A stretch of 24,915 nucleotides of DNA. It comes from a virus. Its lineage: Duplodnaviria > Caudoviricetes. Below, piece after piece: positions 8,487-17,348 of the stretch. The notes below the pieces were generated by a model, which searched no databases, had not been told where the DNA came from, and was given only the letters and a program-made list of their open reading frames with translations. How positions within the stretch are numbered: position 1 is the first letter of the stretch; the number at the start of each line of letters is the position of its first letter. The position numbers were made by a program, and so were the translations under genes. The DNA is taken from positions 1 to 24,915 of IMG/VR virus record IMGVR_UViG_3300037506_000367; one strand, 5' to 3'.

Positions 8487-9308
8487 TTGCGCGTCGCCTT
8501 CGCCGTCCTAGACCCGCGCCCGCGCGAGGAGTGGGTCGAGGTGCCTCTCGATCTCACCGACCCCGCGGCGGGCACGGTGCGCGTGCGATTCCGGGAGATC
8601 CCCGGCGTCGAGTGGTCGCGTCTGCTCGCGCTCTACGGCGCCCGCGTCGCATCCTGGCGCGACGTCACCCGCGCGCGCGATAAGCGCCGCGGCGAGCTCG
8701 CCGCGTTGCACACGGGTCCCGACGCGGGGCTCGTCGAGCTGCTCCTCGGGGAGGAATACGCCGAGGCCATCGCCGAGGCGCACGAGCGGCGGCGCGACAT
8801 CGAGCGCGAGATCGTCGCGCGCGGTGTCACCGGGCACGACCCCGAGAGCTTCCGCGTCGAGGTGGAGGCGGGCGAGGACGCCGAAGGCCTCCGCCGCTCC
8901 CTCGCGGCGCTTGGCCTCTCGGAAGAGCAGATCGCCGCGGCGATCTCGGCCGGCTTCCTCCTGGTCGAGTTTAAGGGCGAGGCCTGGCGCCTGAAGAGAG
9001 ACAGCGAGCCCCGTATCGGCGCCTCGCCCCAGACGGTGCAGTTCTACGAGCGGTGCGCGCCCGGGTTCCTCGATATCCTGGTGGGGACCATCCACCGGCT
9101 ACAGAGCGGTCAGGTGCTCACCGCCGCGGAGCTCTACGAGCAGGCGCGCCGGCGCGCGCCCCGCGAGGTGCTCGAAGAGCGCCGCGCCGCGCTCGAGAAG
9201 ACGCTCGGCGAGGTGAATGCGGCGCTCGCCGAGATCTCCGCGGAGGAGGCCGCCGCCGACCCTTTAGCGCCGGCGAGCCCCGGCTCGCTGAACACCCCGG
9301 GGAGCTGA
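8487..9308 (+). CDS. Tail assembly chaperone (lambda gpG analogue), 273 aa, TTG start
   Basis: SD AAGGAGG before the TTG. Follows the tube gene and carries slippery heptamer C CCT TTA near its end. Confidence 0.75.
   Translation: MRVAFAVLDPRPREEWVEVPLDLTDPAAGTVRVRFREIPGVEWSRLLALYGARVASWRDVTRARDKRRGELAALHTGPDAGLVELLLGEEYAEAIAEAHERRRDIEREIVARGVTGHDPESFRVEVEAGEDAEGLRRSLAALGLSEEQIAAAISAGFLLVEFKGEAWRLKRDSEPRIGASPQTVQFYERCAPGFLDILVGTIHRLQSGQVLTAAELYEQARRRAPREVLEERRAALEKTLGEVNAALAEISAEEAAADPLAPASPGSLNTPGS
9242..9290 (+). promoter_or_regulatory. Programmed -1 ribosomal frameshift signal
   Basis: Internal SD-like GGAGGAGG (9242-9249), X XXY YYZ heptamer CCCTTTA (9260-9266) and an 8-bp hairpin CGGCGAGC-CCCG-GCTCGCTG (9271-9290). 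Confidence 0.8.
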
Positions 9309-9793
9309 CGCTGTTGCAGTGCATCGCCGCGTTATACCGCCTCACGCAGCGGGGCGAGGTCGCCGCAGGCGAGCGCCAGTACCGCGAGACCGATACTCTC
9401 GGCCTCGCGCACTGGCGGTGCGAGGGGTGCGACGAGCAGGACGAGCGCGGGTGCGGCCTGCCCGGGCGGGAGCGACCCGCCCCGAACTGGCTGCGCATCG
9501 ACGACACCGGCGACGACGCACACGACAAGGTGCGGACCTGCCCCGCCGCGCTCCGGGTGCGCGAGCCGGTGCTCGCCCAGGCGATCGCGGAGCTCGGGAT
9601 TTGGGAGGCCGCGGGGGGGCTGGGCTACCTCGGCGGGACCCCGGCCGAGCTGCCGCCGCGGCTCCCCTGGCTGTGGGCGGCGTACCAGGGCGTCAAGCGG
9701 CGCTTCGCCGCGGAGGTCGAGCGCGCGGCCGCCCGCGTCGTCCGTATCGCGACCAAGCGCGAGATCGACGCGCGGGGGCTGAATCATGGGTAA
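9260..9793 (+). CDS. -1 frameshift extension of the chaperone (gpT analogue); fusion 8487..9793 of about 435 aa
   Basis: The -1 frame (listed ORF 9053..9793) becomes protein-like exactly at the slippery site (PFSAGEPRLAEHPGELTLLQC...). It has no convincing start of its own and contains CEGC...C...CP. Confidence 0.75.
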   Translation, partial: PFSAGEPRLAEHPGELTLLQCIAALYRLTQRGEVAAGERQYRETDTLGLAHWRCEGCDEQDERGCGLPGRERPAPNWLRIDDTGDDAHDKVRTCPAALRVREPVLAQAIAELGIWEAAGGLGYLGGTPAELPPRLPWLWAAYQGVKRRFAAEVERAAARVVRIATKREIDARGLNHG

Positions 9794-10946
9794 CCCCCGC
9801 CTTTTCCTCGGGACCGCGGTTCCGCTCGACTCGGCGCAGACGATGACCGCGCTCGAGGTGGTGGTTACCGACAACGTCGGCCCCGATATCACCCTGTCCG
9901 GCACGCTGCCGAGTCTCACCGCGGGCACGTATTCGCCGCATGGCTGGATGGCCCACGGCGCCCAGAAGCTCGCGCAGTGGCTCTTCGACCGCCTGAGCGC
10001 TCACGTCTCGATCACGGTAGACCCGAGCTCGGTCAACAACATCGACGTGAGCCTCGGGATCCCCGACGCGAACCTTATCGCCGGTGTCGGTACCACGCTG
10101 CCGCACCTCCACATCGGCAGTCTCGCCGGCGCCGCGACCGCGTCGGGGCCCGTCGTCATCAAGTCCCTTAAGGTTGACCAGGCTTGGGGCTCGCTCTTCG
10201 GCCTGGCACGGGCGGATGAGACGGGTGGCAGCATCCGCGTGATCAACGCGGTCGCCGGCGTGCTAGACGCCGACGCGCGCTTCCAGCCCTGGTGGGCTTA
10301 CTGCTGCCGGGCGTCGCTTCGCGACAGCGGCGATTATGAGGAAGTCGCCGCGGCCTTCGCCGATACGATCACCGGGGGCGGAGTTTCTTACTACGAGTTC
10401 GGCGAGAGCACCTTCGCGCGCGATTGGGAGATCGTCGCGCAGGACAGGCGCATCACCGGCCCGGCCGTCCGGGTCGGCACCTTCCTGAGCTTCGGCGCCA
10501 ACCGCTCGATCCTCAACTTGCAGAGCATCAACGAGGCCCGGCTGTACGGGATGGTCGGGACCTATAAGAGGACCGACAACCTCGCGACGCCGCAGTATCT
10601 GCGGATCGGCCGCACGCTCTACCCCGCGCGCTTCCGGCGGGTGACCGGCGATACCTTCGAGCTCCTGGAGCGGCTGCCGCTCTCGCTCGGCACGCCGGCC
10701 GCGGGCACGGAGATCTCGATCGTCTCGGAGCTGCACGCGCTGACGCTGCATTGGCGGCGCACGCGGCGGCTGATGTTCTACGACCCCATCGAGGCGAGCG
10801 GTCAGACGAGCTGGATGGGCAAGGCCTACGCGCCCAACAAACAGGGCGCCTGGAAGATCGGGCACGAGCGGGCGGCGCGCACCCCGCTCTTTACGATGGC
10901 CTTCGCGGGGAAGTTCGACTCTAACCCGGGCTTCGCGAGCCCCTAA
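9786..10946 (+). CDS. Hypothetical tail/virion protein, 386 aa
   Basis: Long ORF with natural codon usage overlapping the gpT-like stop. Beta-rich; function not recognised. Confidence 0.7.
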   Translation: MGNPRLFLGTAVPLDSAQTMTALEVVVTDNVGPDITLSGTLPSLTAGTYSPHGWMAHGAQKLAQWLFDRLSAHVSITVDPSSVNNIDVSLGIPDANLIAGVGTTLPHLHIGSLAGAATASGPVVIKSLKVDQAWGSLFGLARADETGGSIRVINAVAGVLDADARFQPWWAYCCRASLRDSGDYEEVAAAFADTITGGGVSYYEFGESTFARDWEIVAQDRRITGPAVRVGTFLSFGANRSILNLQSINEARLYGMVGTYKRTDNLATPQYLRIGRTLYPARFRRVTGDTFELLERLPLSLGTPAAGTEISIVSELHALTLHWRRTRRLMFYDPIEASGQTSWMGKAYAPNKQGAWKIGHERAARTPLFTMAFAGKFDSNPGFASP

Positions 10947-10955
10947 GGAGGCCCG

Positions 10956-11321
10956 GTGTTTAGGCTGCACGTCGACGTCGAGATCCCAGCGTTCGAGCTG
11001 CGCTTCAAGCCCGAGACGATGGAGATCGTCGGCGCCCTCGTGCGCGCGGCGCTGGAGCGCCAGGCGCGGGCCGGGCGGGTCGGGCGGAAGGCCGACGGCA
11101 GCCCCGCCACGCTCCGGCGGTCGGGGGACTTCTGGTCCGAGGTCGATATCCGTGCCCTCGGCGACACCGAGGCCGAGCTCACTTTCCGGATGCCTTACGC
11201 CGAGATACTCCTGGAGCGCTTCCCGCTCGCGCGGGAGCTCGATGCGCAACACCTCGCCGAGGTCGAGCAAGAGGCCGCGCCGCACCTCGACGCGGGCGCC
11301 ATCCTTGTCGAGAGGGGGTAG
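10956..11321 (+). CDS. Possible neck/tail-completion protein (Mu gpG/HK97 gp10-like), 121 aa
   Basis: SD AAGGAGG with GTG start. TLRRSGDFWSEV...MPYAE weakly resembles the 'LxxTGxLxxSI...VPYA' signature. Confidence 0.45.
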   Translation: MFRLHVDVEIPAFELRFKPETMEIVGALVRAALERQARAGRVGRKADGSPATLRRSGDFWSEVDIRALGDTEAELTFRMPYAEILLERFPLARELDAQHLAEVEQEAAPHLDAGAILVERG

Positions 11322-11327
11322 GCCGTG
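11310..11327 (+). repeat. 18-bp direct repeat GAGAGGGGGTAGGCCGTG, copy 1
   Basis: Identical to 13035-13052. Spans the SD, upstream stop and tape-measure start. Confidence 0.9.
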
Positions 11328-13046
11328 CCGGTTGTTATCAAGGTCAGGGCCGATACGCAGGTCGCGCAGAAGGGGTTCGACGAGCTCGGGAAGCGGTTGG
11401 ACAAGGCCTTCTTGCTCGACCGCGCGGGCAAGGCGCTCCAGGGTGTCGAGAAGGCCGCGAACAACCTCGGCAAGGCCTTCGGCGAGACCGGCGATAAGAT
11501 CGGCGACGCGGTCGGCCTGTCCATCGATCTCGGCACCGCGGGCTTCCAGGTCGGAAGCGCCTTCGGCCCCATCGGCGGCATCATCGGCGGCATCGCGGGC
11601 GCGCTCGTCGGCGCGACCGCCTCGGCGGTGAAGTTCTGGTCGGAGAGCGAGGAGGCCGCCAACTCTTTCGAGGCGAAGATCTCCGACGTCGTGATCGAAT
11701 ACCAGCGGCTGGTTCAGATCGGCGAGCGCCTCTCCTCGGCGGCGCTCTTCGCCGCCGCCGAGAAGCTCCTCACCACCAGCGTCGGCGATATCCGGGAGCT
11801 CCCGGCGCGGATCACGGCTATAGGCGACGCCATCGACCGCTACCGCGACGCGGTGCGCGGGGTGAACCAGCAGAGGAACCCGCTGGTCGCCGAGGCCGAC
11901 GCGCTCCTCGGCCGTCTCGCCGACTTCCCGCGCTCGGCCTACGGCTTCTCGCGCGCCATCGAAGAGCTCATCGACGATATCGATACGCTCTATACCAACC
12001 GCAACCTCCTCATCCAGTCCCTCGCCGACGAGAAGGACCTCTACAAGATCCGCGCCGCCGAGGTGACGATCACCGAATACAACGAGGCGATCCGGCGCCT
12101 CGAGTCGCGGCTGCACGACTTCCAGGAGGAGGACTTCAAGCGCCGCTTCGGGATTGACGACGAGAGCCTACGCAAGCTCTCCGCGGGCAAGGAAGGCGTC
12201 AAGGAGTTGGCGGCGGCGCAACGCGCCGCCGCGAGCGCCGCCGCGCCCTTCCTCTCGGTGCTCGGGAAGATGGCGGACTCGGCGGCGGCGGCGGGCGACG
12301 CCATCGACGGCGCGGCGGTGGCGATCGATCAGGCCGCGACCCGCCAGCGGCTGCTTAGCCTTGAGTTTGACGCCGCCTGGGAGCAGGCGCAGAGGACGAT
12401 CAGCGCAGGCGCGGCCCTGACCAACGAGCAGATCCATCAGCTCTGGTCAACGGCGCACCCGATCCTCTCCCGGCTCGCCGAGGCGGGGATGATGGTCGGC
12501 GACGCCTTCGGCCGGGTCGCGGCCCGCGGCGTCGACGCGCTCTTCGACGCGCTGCAGAACGGCAGCAAGGTCAGCGCCAAGGGCCTCGGCGAGTTCACCG
12601 TGCGCCTCTTGCGGGAGGAGGGTACGGCGCTCATCGGCAAGGGTGCCTCGGGGCTTGCCCAGGCCGGCATCATGACGTTTATCCCGGGGCTCCAGGGCAA
12701 CGCCGCGGGGCTTGCCGGCGCCTCCCTCGCGGCGATCGGGACCGGCCTCGCGATGGGCGGCGTCGCCGCCCTGGCCGGCCGCGCCGCGGGCATCCGGGCG
12801 GGCGACGACATCGCCGCTGGTGGCGGCGGGCGCGACCGCGACGGCAACAGCTTCAGCGGCTCGACGGGGGGCGGCCGGCCCTTCGAGACGCAGTCGCTGC
12901 CGCCGCTCATCGTGAACATCAACGGCGTGCCCTTCGGCTCCCTGAGCGACCGCGAGGCGATGGCGCTCGCCGGGAGGCATCACGAGATCGCCCGCATCTA
13001 CCAACGCAACGGCGGCGGCCGTTACCTCGGCGAGGAGAGGGGGTAG
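11325..13046 (+). CDS. Tape measure protein, 573 aa
   Basis: N-terminal VIKVRADT, Ala/Gly-rich helical composition, hydrophobic GPIGGIIGGIAGALVG segment, C-terminal LIVNING. Confidence 0.85.
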   Translation: MPVVIKVRADTQVAQKGFDELGKRLDKAFLLDRAGKALQGVEKAANNLGKAFGETGDKIGDAVGLSIDLGTAGFQVGSAFGPIGGIIGGIAGALVGATASAVKFWSESEEAANSFEAKISDVVIEYQRLVQIGERLSSAALFAAAEKLLTTSVGDIRELPARITAIGDAIDRYRDAVRGVNQQRNPLVAEADALLGRLADFPRSAYGFSRAIEELIDDIDTLYTNRNLLIQSLADEKDLYKIRAAEVTITEYNEAIRRLESRLHDFQEEDFKRRFGIDDESLRKLSAGKEGVKELAAAQRAAASAAAPFLSVLGKMADSAAAAGDAIDGAAVAIDQAATRQRLLSLEFDAAWEQAQRTISAGAALTNEQIHQLWSTAHPILSRLAEAGMMVGDAFGRVAARGVDALFDALQNGSKVSAKGLGEFTVRLLREEGTALIGKGASGLAQAGIMTFIPGLQGNAAGLAGASLAAIGTGLAMGGVAALAGRAAGIRAGDDIAAGGGGRDRDGNSFSGSTGGGRPFETQSLPPLIVNINGVPFGSLSDREAMALAGRHHEIARIYQRNGGGRYLGEERG

Positions 13047-13052
13047 GCCGTG
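13035..13052 (+). repeat. 18-bp direct repeat GAGAGGGGGTAGGCCGTG, copy 2
   Basis: Identical to 11310-11327. Spans the tape-measure stop and the next start. Confidence 0.9.
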
Positions 13053-15845
13053 GAAGCGCGCTATAACATCGCGCTCATCATCGCGGGGTGCCCCGACCCC
13101 GAGGCCCCGACCGCGACCGCCCCGGTCGCCTGGTGCTCGGGCGATATCTCCAGCGTCCCCGGCGGCGCCCCCGCGAACCTCGCCGCGGCGACCAGGCGCC
13201 GGCGGGTGAAGCTCGCCGAGGACGGCGTCGACGGCTTCGTCTCTCAGGTCTCGTTGCGCGAGCCGGTCGCCGCGGGCGGCGTCCTCAAGGTTAAGCTCGT
13301 CGACGAGCGGCGCCCCGCCGGGGTCTCGGTCTTCTCCTGGCGCGAGCTCGGGCCGCTCTTCGCCCCCGACCCCGCGCAGCTCTCGACGGCGTATTGGTCG
13401 GTGCGCACCTCGGTCGCGTTCCTCGCCCAGGGCGCGACGACCTTCCAGCTCGTCGGGCCACAGCCGGCCGTCAACGATATCCTCTGGATCGAAGAGGAGG
13501 CGGTCCAGGTCAACGCGGTGACGCCGCTCGGCGTCGAGCTCTGGGAAGTGACGGTCACCCGCGGCGTGCTCGGGAGCCGCGCCCGCGAGCACGCGATAGG
13601 CACGAGCTACCCCATCGGCTCGACGGGCGCCGAGTTCTGCCTGGTGGCGACGAACCGCCCCGACTTCGACAGGTACAGCTTCGACGCCGAGGTGCATTAC
13701 CTCCGGATGGACGGCGCCGACGCCGTCGAGGTCGTGCGCTCCTTCTACCGCAAGACCGATGGCCGCCCCATCCCGCGGGGGAACCTCTGGGAGGTGAGCA
13801 CCAGGGATCTCGGGACCGCCGTAAAAAAGACGAACAAGGGCCGCGGGTCGGGGCCGCTGTCGTTCGCGGTGCAGGTGCTCGAGCGCGGGGTGAACTTCGG
13901 CAACGCGCCGCTGCCCTTCACGGGCGTGGGGCCGGGGCCGGCCGGCTCGCCGGCAACGCCCGGGCAGGCGACCAAGGTCCGGGTGTGGCTCACGCCCGAG
14001 GAGGCCGACCGCCGCCTCTCGCGGCGCCTCCGCTACCCCGACAGCGGCACGGTCGACCAGACCGCGGTGTTCGACTTCAACAACCGCCTGTTCTACGTGC
14101 CGCCGGGCTTCTCGGGGCCGCGCCTGGGGCACGAGTTCGTGCTCGAGGTCGGGGGCTACTCCTGGGTCTACCAGGTGACCGAGGTCGGCTACGCCGAGAA
14201 CGCCATCGGCGGCGGCTTCGGCTGGAACACCTCGGTGCAGCAGGAGCTGACCTACGTCGACGGTGATCTCGTCGACTACGTACAGGACGACGGCAAGGCC
14301 GGCAAGATCAACGACAACCCCGTCGAGTACCCGGCCTTCCCGCCGGTCGCTAACCCGACCTTGCAGCTCGTGCCGCGCCGGCCGCTGAAGTACAACGCGG
14401 GCTGGTCGGACCTCGCGGCCGACCCGATTCGCGTCGACCAGGGCGAGGAGCGCCCGACCTTCAAGATGAGGTCGTGGGCGCGCGGCTTCCGGCCGGTGCA
14501 ATGGATCCTGACGCTGCTCCTCTCGCGGCACGGCGGGGGCACCGCCGACGCGGATTACGACCTCATCCCCGGCGACCTGTGCCCGGGATTCTCCCGCGCG
14601 ATGCTGTCGATGGGCTCGGCGCCGGGCTCGCCCCTCGCGGTCGATCCTCGCACCAAGAGCCTGCTCGAGCTCGACGCGCTCCTAACCCACACCGAGGATA
14701 TCTGCTTCGAGTGGGACGGCTTCGACGTCGGCGCCGAGCTGACCCGGGTGTGCTCGCTCTACAACCTGATGGCGGCGCAGGTCGCCAGCGGCTACACCTT
14801 CCGGCAGATCGCCGCGCCCATCCAGGCCGCCGCGCCGACGCCGCTAAAGCAGGTCGTGGGCAAGGGCGAGCTCGTCAACACGGGCCAGCGCCTCGCGCCG
14901 GTGCGGTCGCTGAAGATCGTCGGGGGCGCGAAGCCGCTCTCGCTCGAGCCGCGGTGGGTCGTCGAGCCCTTCGCCTGGGGCTTCCAGTCCGACGAGCTCG
15001 GCGAGGCGGTGGAGATTCGGACCTGGCAGCCGGGCGGCGCGCCGACCCCCGGGCAGCTCCTCAATGGCCCGCTCGGGCGCTTCCTCCAGGTGCGCTTTCT
15101 CCTCCACCGCGGCGCGCCGCCGGTCTACAAGATCAAGACGAAGGTCCCCAACGGTAACCTGGACGTCGGCGACCTGGTCGCCTGGACCGACGCGAGTATC
15201 CCGACCGCGGCGGGGCGCGGGGTCACCGGCAAGCGCATGTTGGTCGTCGGGCTCGACCTCGTCTTCTGGCGGGGCGACCAGTTTATCTACGTCATCGAAG
15301 ATATCCTGAACGACCTGTCGAGCTACGAGGGCACGGTCGGCCTGTCGCTCCTCATCGAGCGCGCCGAGCTCGCGAGTAACGGCACGACGCTACGCCTCCT
15401 CGTCGCCGCCTTAGGAGTGGGGCCGGAGTTCGATATCACGGGCACCCCGACCGACATCTATCAGATCCTCGCGGACAACTTCGGCTTCTGCCGGATCCTC
15501 GTCGAGGACGCGCACAACCCGCCGGGGCCGCTCGAGCGCCAGGGGATGCTCGAGTTCTACGGCGTCGTCAGGGGCTGCTCGCGCGAGGCCGGGAGCGGCG
15601 CGAACTTCCTGGAGGTCGACATCGATCTCGCGTGGTCGCGGGGCGGCGTAAGCCCGAACGATATCGTCGAGGGCGCGAGCTACGTCGAGATGGCCGACCT
15701 CCGGTTGTCGAACTTCAACATCGGCGGCGTGGACATCGCGCCCGACGACGCGCAGGCGAACGGCTTCGCCGTCGTGGCGCCGGGCGAGGGGTCGCCGACG
15801 ACGGGCCGCCCCTACGGGGGGCAGTTCACCACGATCGCCGCGTAA
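13050..15845 (+). CDS. Large tail-tip/hub candidate, 931 aa
   Basis: Largest gene, directly after the tape measure. VTRGVLGSRAREH and LDVGDLV...MLVVG motifs are common in tail-tip proteins. Confidence 0.65.
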   Translation: MEARYNIALIIAGCPDPEAPTATAPVAWCSGDISSVPGGAPANLAAATRRRRVKLAEDGVDGFVSQVSLREPVAAGGVLKVKLVDERRPAGVSVFSWRELGPLFAPDPAQLSTAYWSVRTSVAFLAQGATTFQLVGPQPAVNDILWIEEEAVQVNAVTPLGVELWEVTVTRGVLGSRAREHAIGTSYPIGSTGAEFCLVATNRPDFDRYSFDAEVHYLRMDGADAVEVVRSFYRKTDGRPIPRGNLWEVSTRDLGTAVKKTNKGRGSGPLSFAVQVLERGVNFGNAPLPFTGVGPGPAGSPATPGQATKVRVWLTPEEADRRLSRRLRYPDSGTVDQTAVFDFNNRLFYVPPGFSGPRLGHEFVLEVGGYSWVYQVTEVGYAENAIGGGFGWNTSVQQELTYVDGDLVDYVQDDGKAGKINDNPVEYPAFPPVANPTLQLVPRRPLKYNAGWSDLAADPIRVDQGEERPTFKMRSWARGFRPVQWILTLLLSRHGGGTADADYDLIPGDLCPGFSRAMLSMGSAPGSPLAVDPRTKSLLELDALLTHTEDICFEWDGFDVGAELTRVCSLYNLMAAQVASGYTFRQIAAPIQAAAPTPLKQVVGKGELVNTGQRLAPVRSLKIVGGAKPLSLEPRWVVEPFAWGFQSDELGEAVEIRTWQPGGAPTPGQLLNGPLGRFLQVRFLLHRGAPPVYKIKTKVPNGNLDVGDLVAWTDASIPTAAGRGVTGKRMLVVGLDLVFWRGDQFIYVIEDILNDLSSYEGTVGLSLLIERAELASNGTTLRLLVAALGVGPEFDITGTPTDIYQILADNFGFCRILVEDAHNPPGPLERQGMLEFYGVVRGCSREAGSGANFLEVDIDLAWSRGGVSPNDIVEGASYVEMADLRLSNFNIGGVDIAPDDAQANGFAVVAPGEGSPTTGRPYGGQFTTIAA

Positions 15846-15854
15846 GGAGACCCG

Positions 15855-16673
15855 ATGCCGACCCTCGAAGACAGCTTCTCGAACGAGCTCGCCGGCCTCG
15901 GGCAGGAGGTCGCGCAGGCCTTCACCGGCTGGAACGCGGGCGCCGGCGGCGGCTGGTGGAACCTCTTAGAGAGGAAGTCGGGGGCGCTTGGCGCCGCCGC
16001 CGGTACCTGGACGCAGATCAAGGCGGGGGGCGCCCCGACGCACGGCGGCGCGCTGAACCTCAAGGCGCCGGTCTCGCCGCGCAAGCTCATCATCCAGCGC
16101 GCCTGGACCCGCTGTCGCACCGTCCTGGTTCCGACGGTGCGGCTGCTCGACGTCGTGGGCTACGTGAACTTCACGACGACGAGCACCTCGCTGCAGAACG
16201 TCAGCTCGTTCTCACTGCCGCGGTGGACGAACGGCGAGGGGCTCCTCCCCTTCATCCTGGTGAAGACCGCCGTCGGCGCGGCGACGCCGACGGCGACGAT
16301 TAAGTACACCCGCACCGACGGCACGACGAACCGCACCGCGACGGCGACGCTGCTCGCCTCGGCGGTGCAGGGCCAGATCGGGCACGACCAGGACCTGATA
16401 GAGCTCCAGAGCGGCGACACCGGCATCCTGTCCTTGACCTCGATCCAGCTCTCGGTGTCGTGGGGCGGCGGCACCGCGGCGCTGCTCCTGGCGAAGCCGC
16501 TCTGCGTGCTCGGCGCCGACGCGGTCAACAAGCAGGGCCCGATGAACGAGCTCCTGGGGAACGGCGCGCCGGTGCTCCTAGACAGCCAGGAGTGCTTCAT
16601 CTGCGCGAGCTACGTGCCCGACGCCGCGGGCACCCCGAAGATCGACTACGGCGCGCGGATCTCGGAGCTCTAA
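15855..16673 (+). CDS. Putative minor tail/structural protein, 272 aa
   Basis: SD AAGGAG. Thr/Gly/Ala-rich beta composition, located in the tail module. Confidence 0.65.
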   Translation: MPTLEDSFSNELAGLGQEVAQAFTGWNAGAGGGWWNLLERKSGALGAAAGTWTQIKAGGAPTHGGALNLKAPVSPRKLIIQRAWTRCRTVLVPTVRLLDVVGYVNFTTTSTSLQNVSSFSLPRWTNGEGLLPFILVKTAVGAATPTATIKYTRTDGTTNRTATATLLASAVQGQIGHDQDLIELQSGDTGILSLTSIQLSVSWGGGTAALLLAKPLCVLGADAVNKQGPMNELLGNGAPVLLDSQECFICASYVPDAAGTPKIDYGARISEL

Positions 16674-16676
16674 ACG

Positions 16677-17348
16677 GTGATACGGCAGCGGCCCTTCCAG
16701 CTCGCCCCGGAGCGGCTCACCGACAAGGCGGTGCGCACGCTGCCGCCCTACCTCGCCCACGGCAACTCGATCTTCTCGTCGCTCGTCTACTACTTCGGGC
16801 GCGAGACGGTGCGCGCGCTCGCGCGGTCGCTGCTCGGCGTCGAGCTCGAAGAGGTCGGCGCGGTCGAGATCGCCGCGGGGCATAAGCACGAGCAGGACCA
16901 GGCCGCCGCGCTCGCCTGGTGGCCGATCGGTACCGCGGTGCCCTGGTATTCGGAGGGGCTCAGCACCCACGGCGGCGCGGTGCTCATCGACCAGACCGCC
17001 GAGACGGATCTCCTCTGGTACGCGGTCGCGATGCCCGCGGGGGCGAGCCTCGTCTACCCGAAGGCCCGCATCGGCGTCGCCGGCGCCACCGATAGCCTGG
17101 CGCTCCGGCTCCGCTGGTACCCCGCGGGGTCGCTGAACAGCGCGACGCCCGTCGAGGGCGAGCTCTTCGGGCACACCGCGCAGTCGGTGCAGAACGTCTG
17201 GCGCGAGCTCGCGCCGGTCAACCTCTCGGCGCTCGCCGCGGTCGACGGCTTAAAGGTCGCCTGGTGCCGCGTCAGCGGCTACGTGCTCACGGCGGGGCAC
17301 GTCGGGCGGCTGCACGAGCTGACCTTCGCGCTCAGGCAGGGGCTGTAG
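16677..17348 (+). CDS. Putative tail fibre/tail accessory protein, 223 aa
   Basis: GTG start with GGAG upstream. GHKH motif followed by a beta-rich domain. Confidence 0.6.
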   Translation: MIRQRPFQLAPERLTDKAVRTLPPYLAHGNSIFSSLVYYFGRETVRALARSLLGVELEEVGAVEIAAGHKHEQDQAAALAWWPIGTAVPWYSEGLSTHGGAVLIDQTAETDLLWYAVAMPAGASLVYPKARIGVAGATDSLALRLRWYPAGSLNSATPVEGELFGHTAQSVQNVWRELAPVNLSALAAVDGLKVAWCRVSGYVLTAGHVGRLHELTFALRQGL

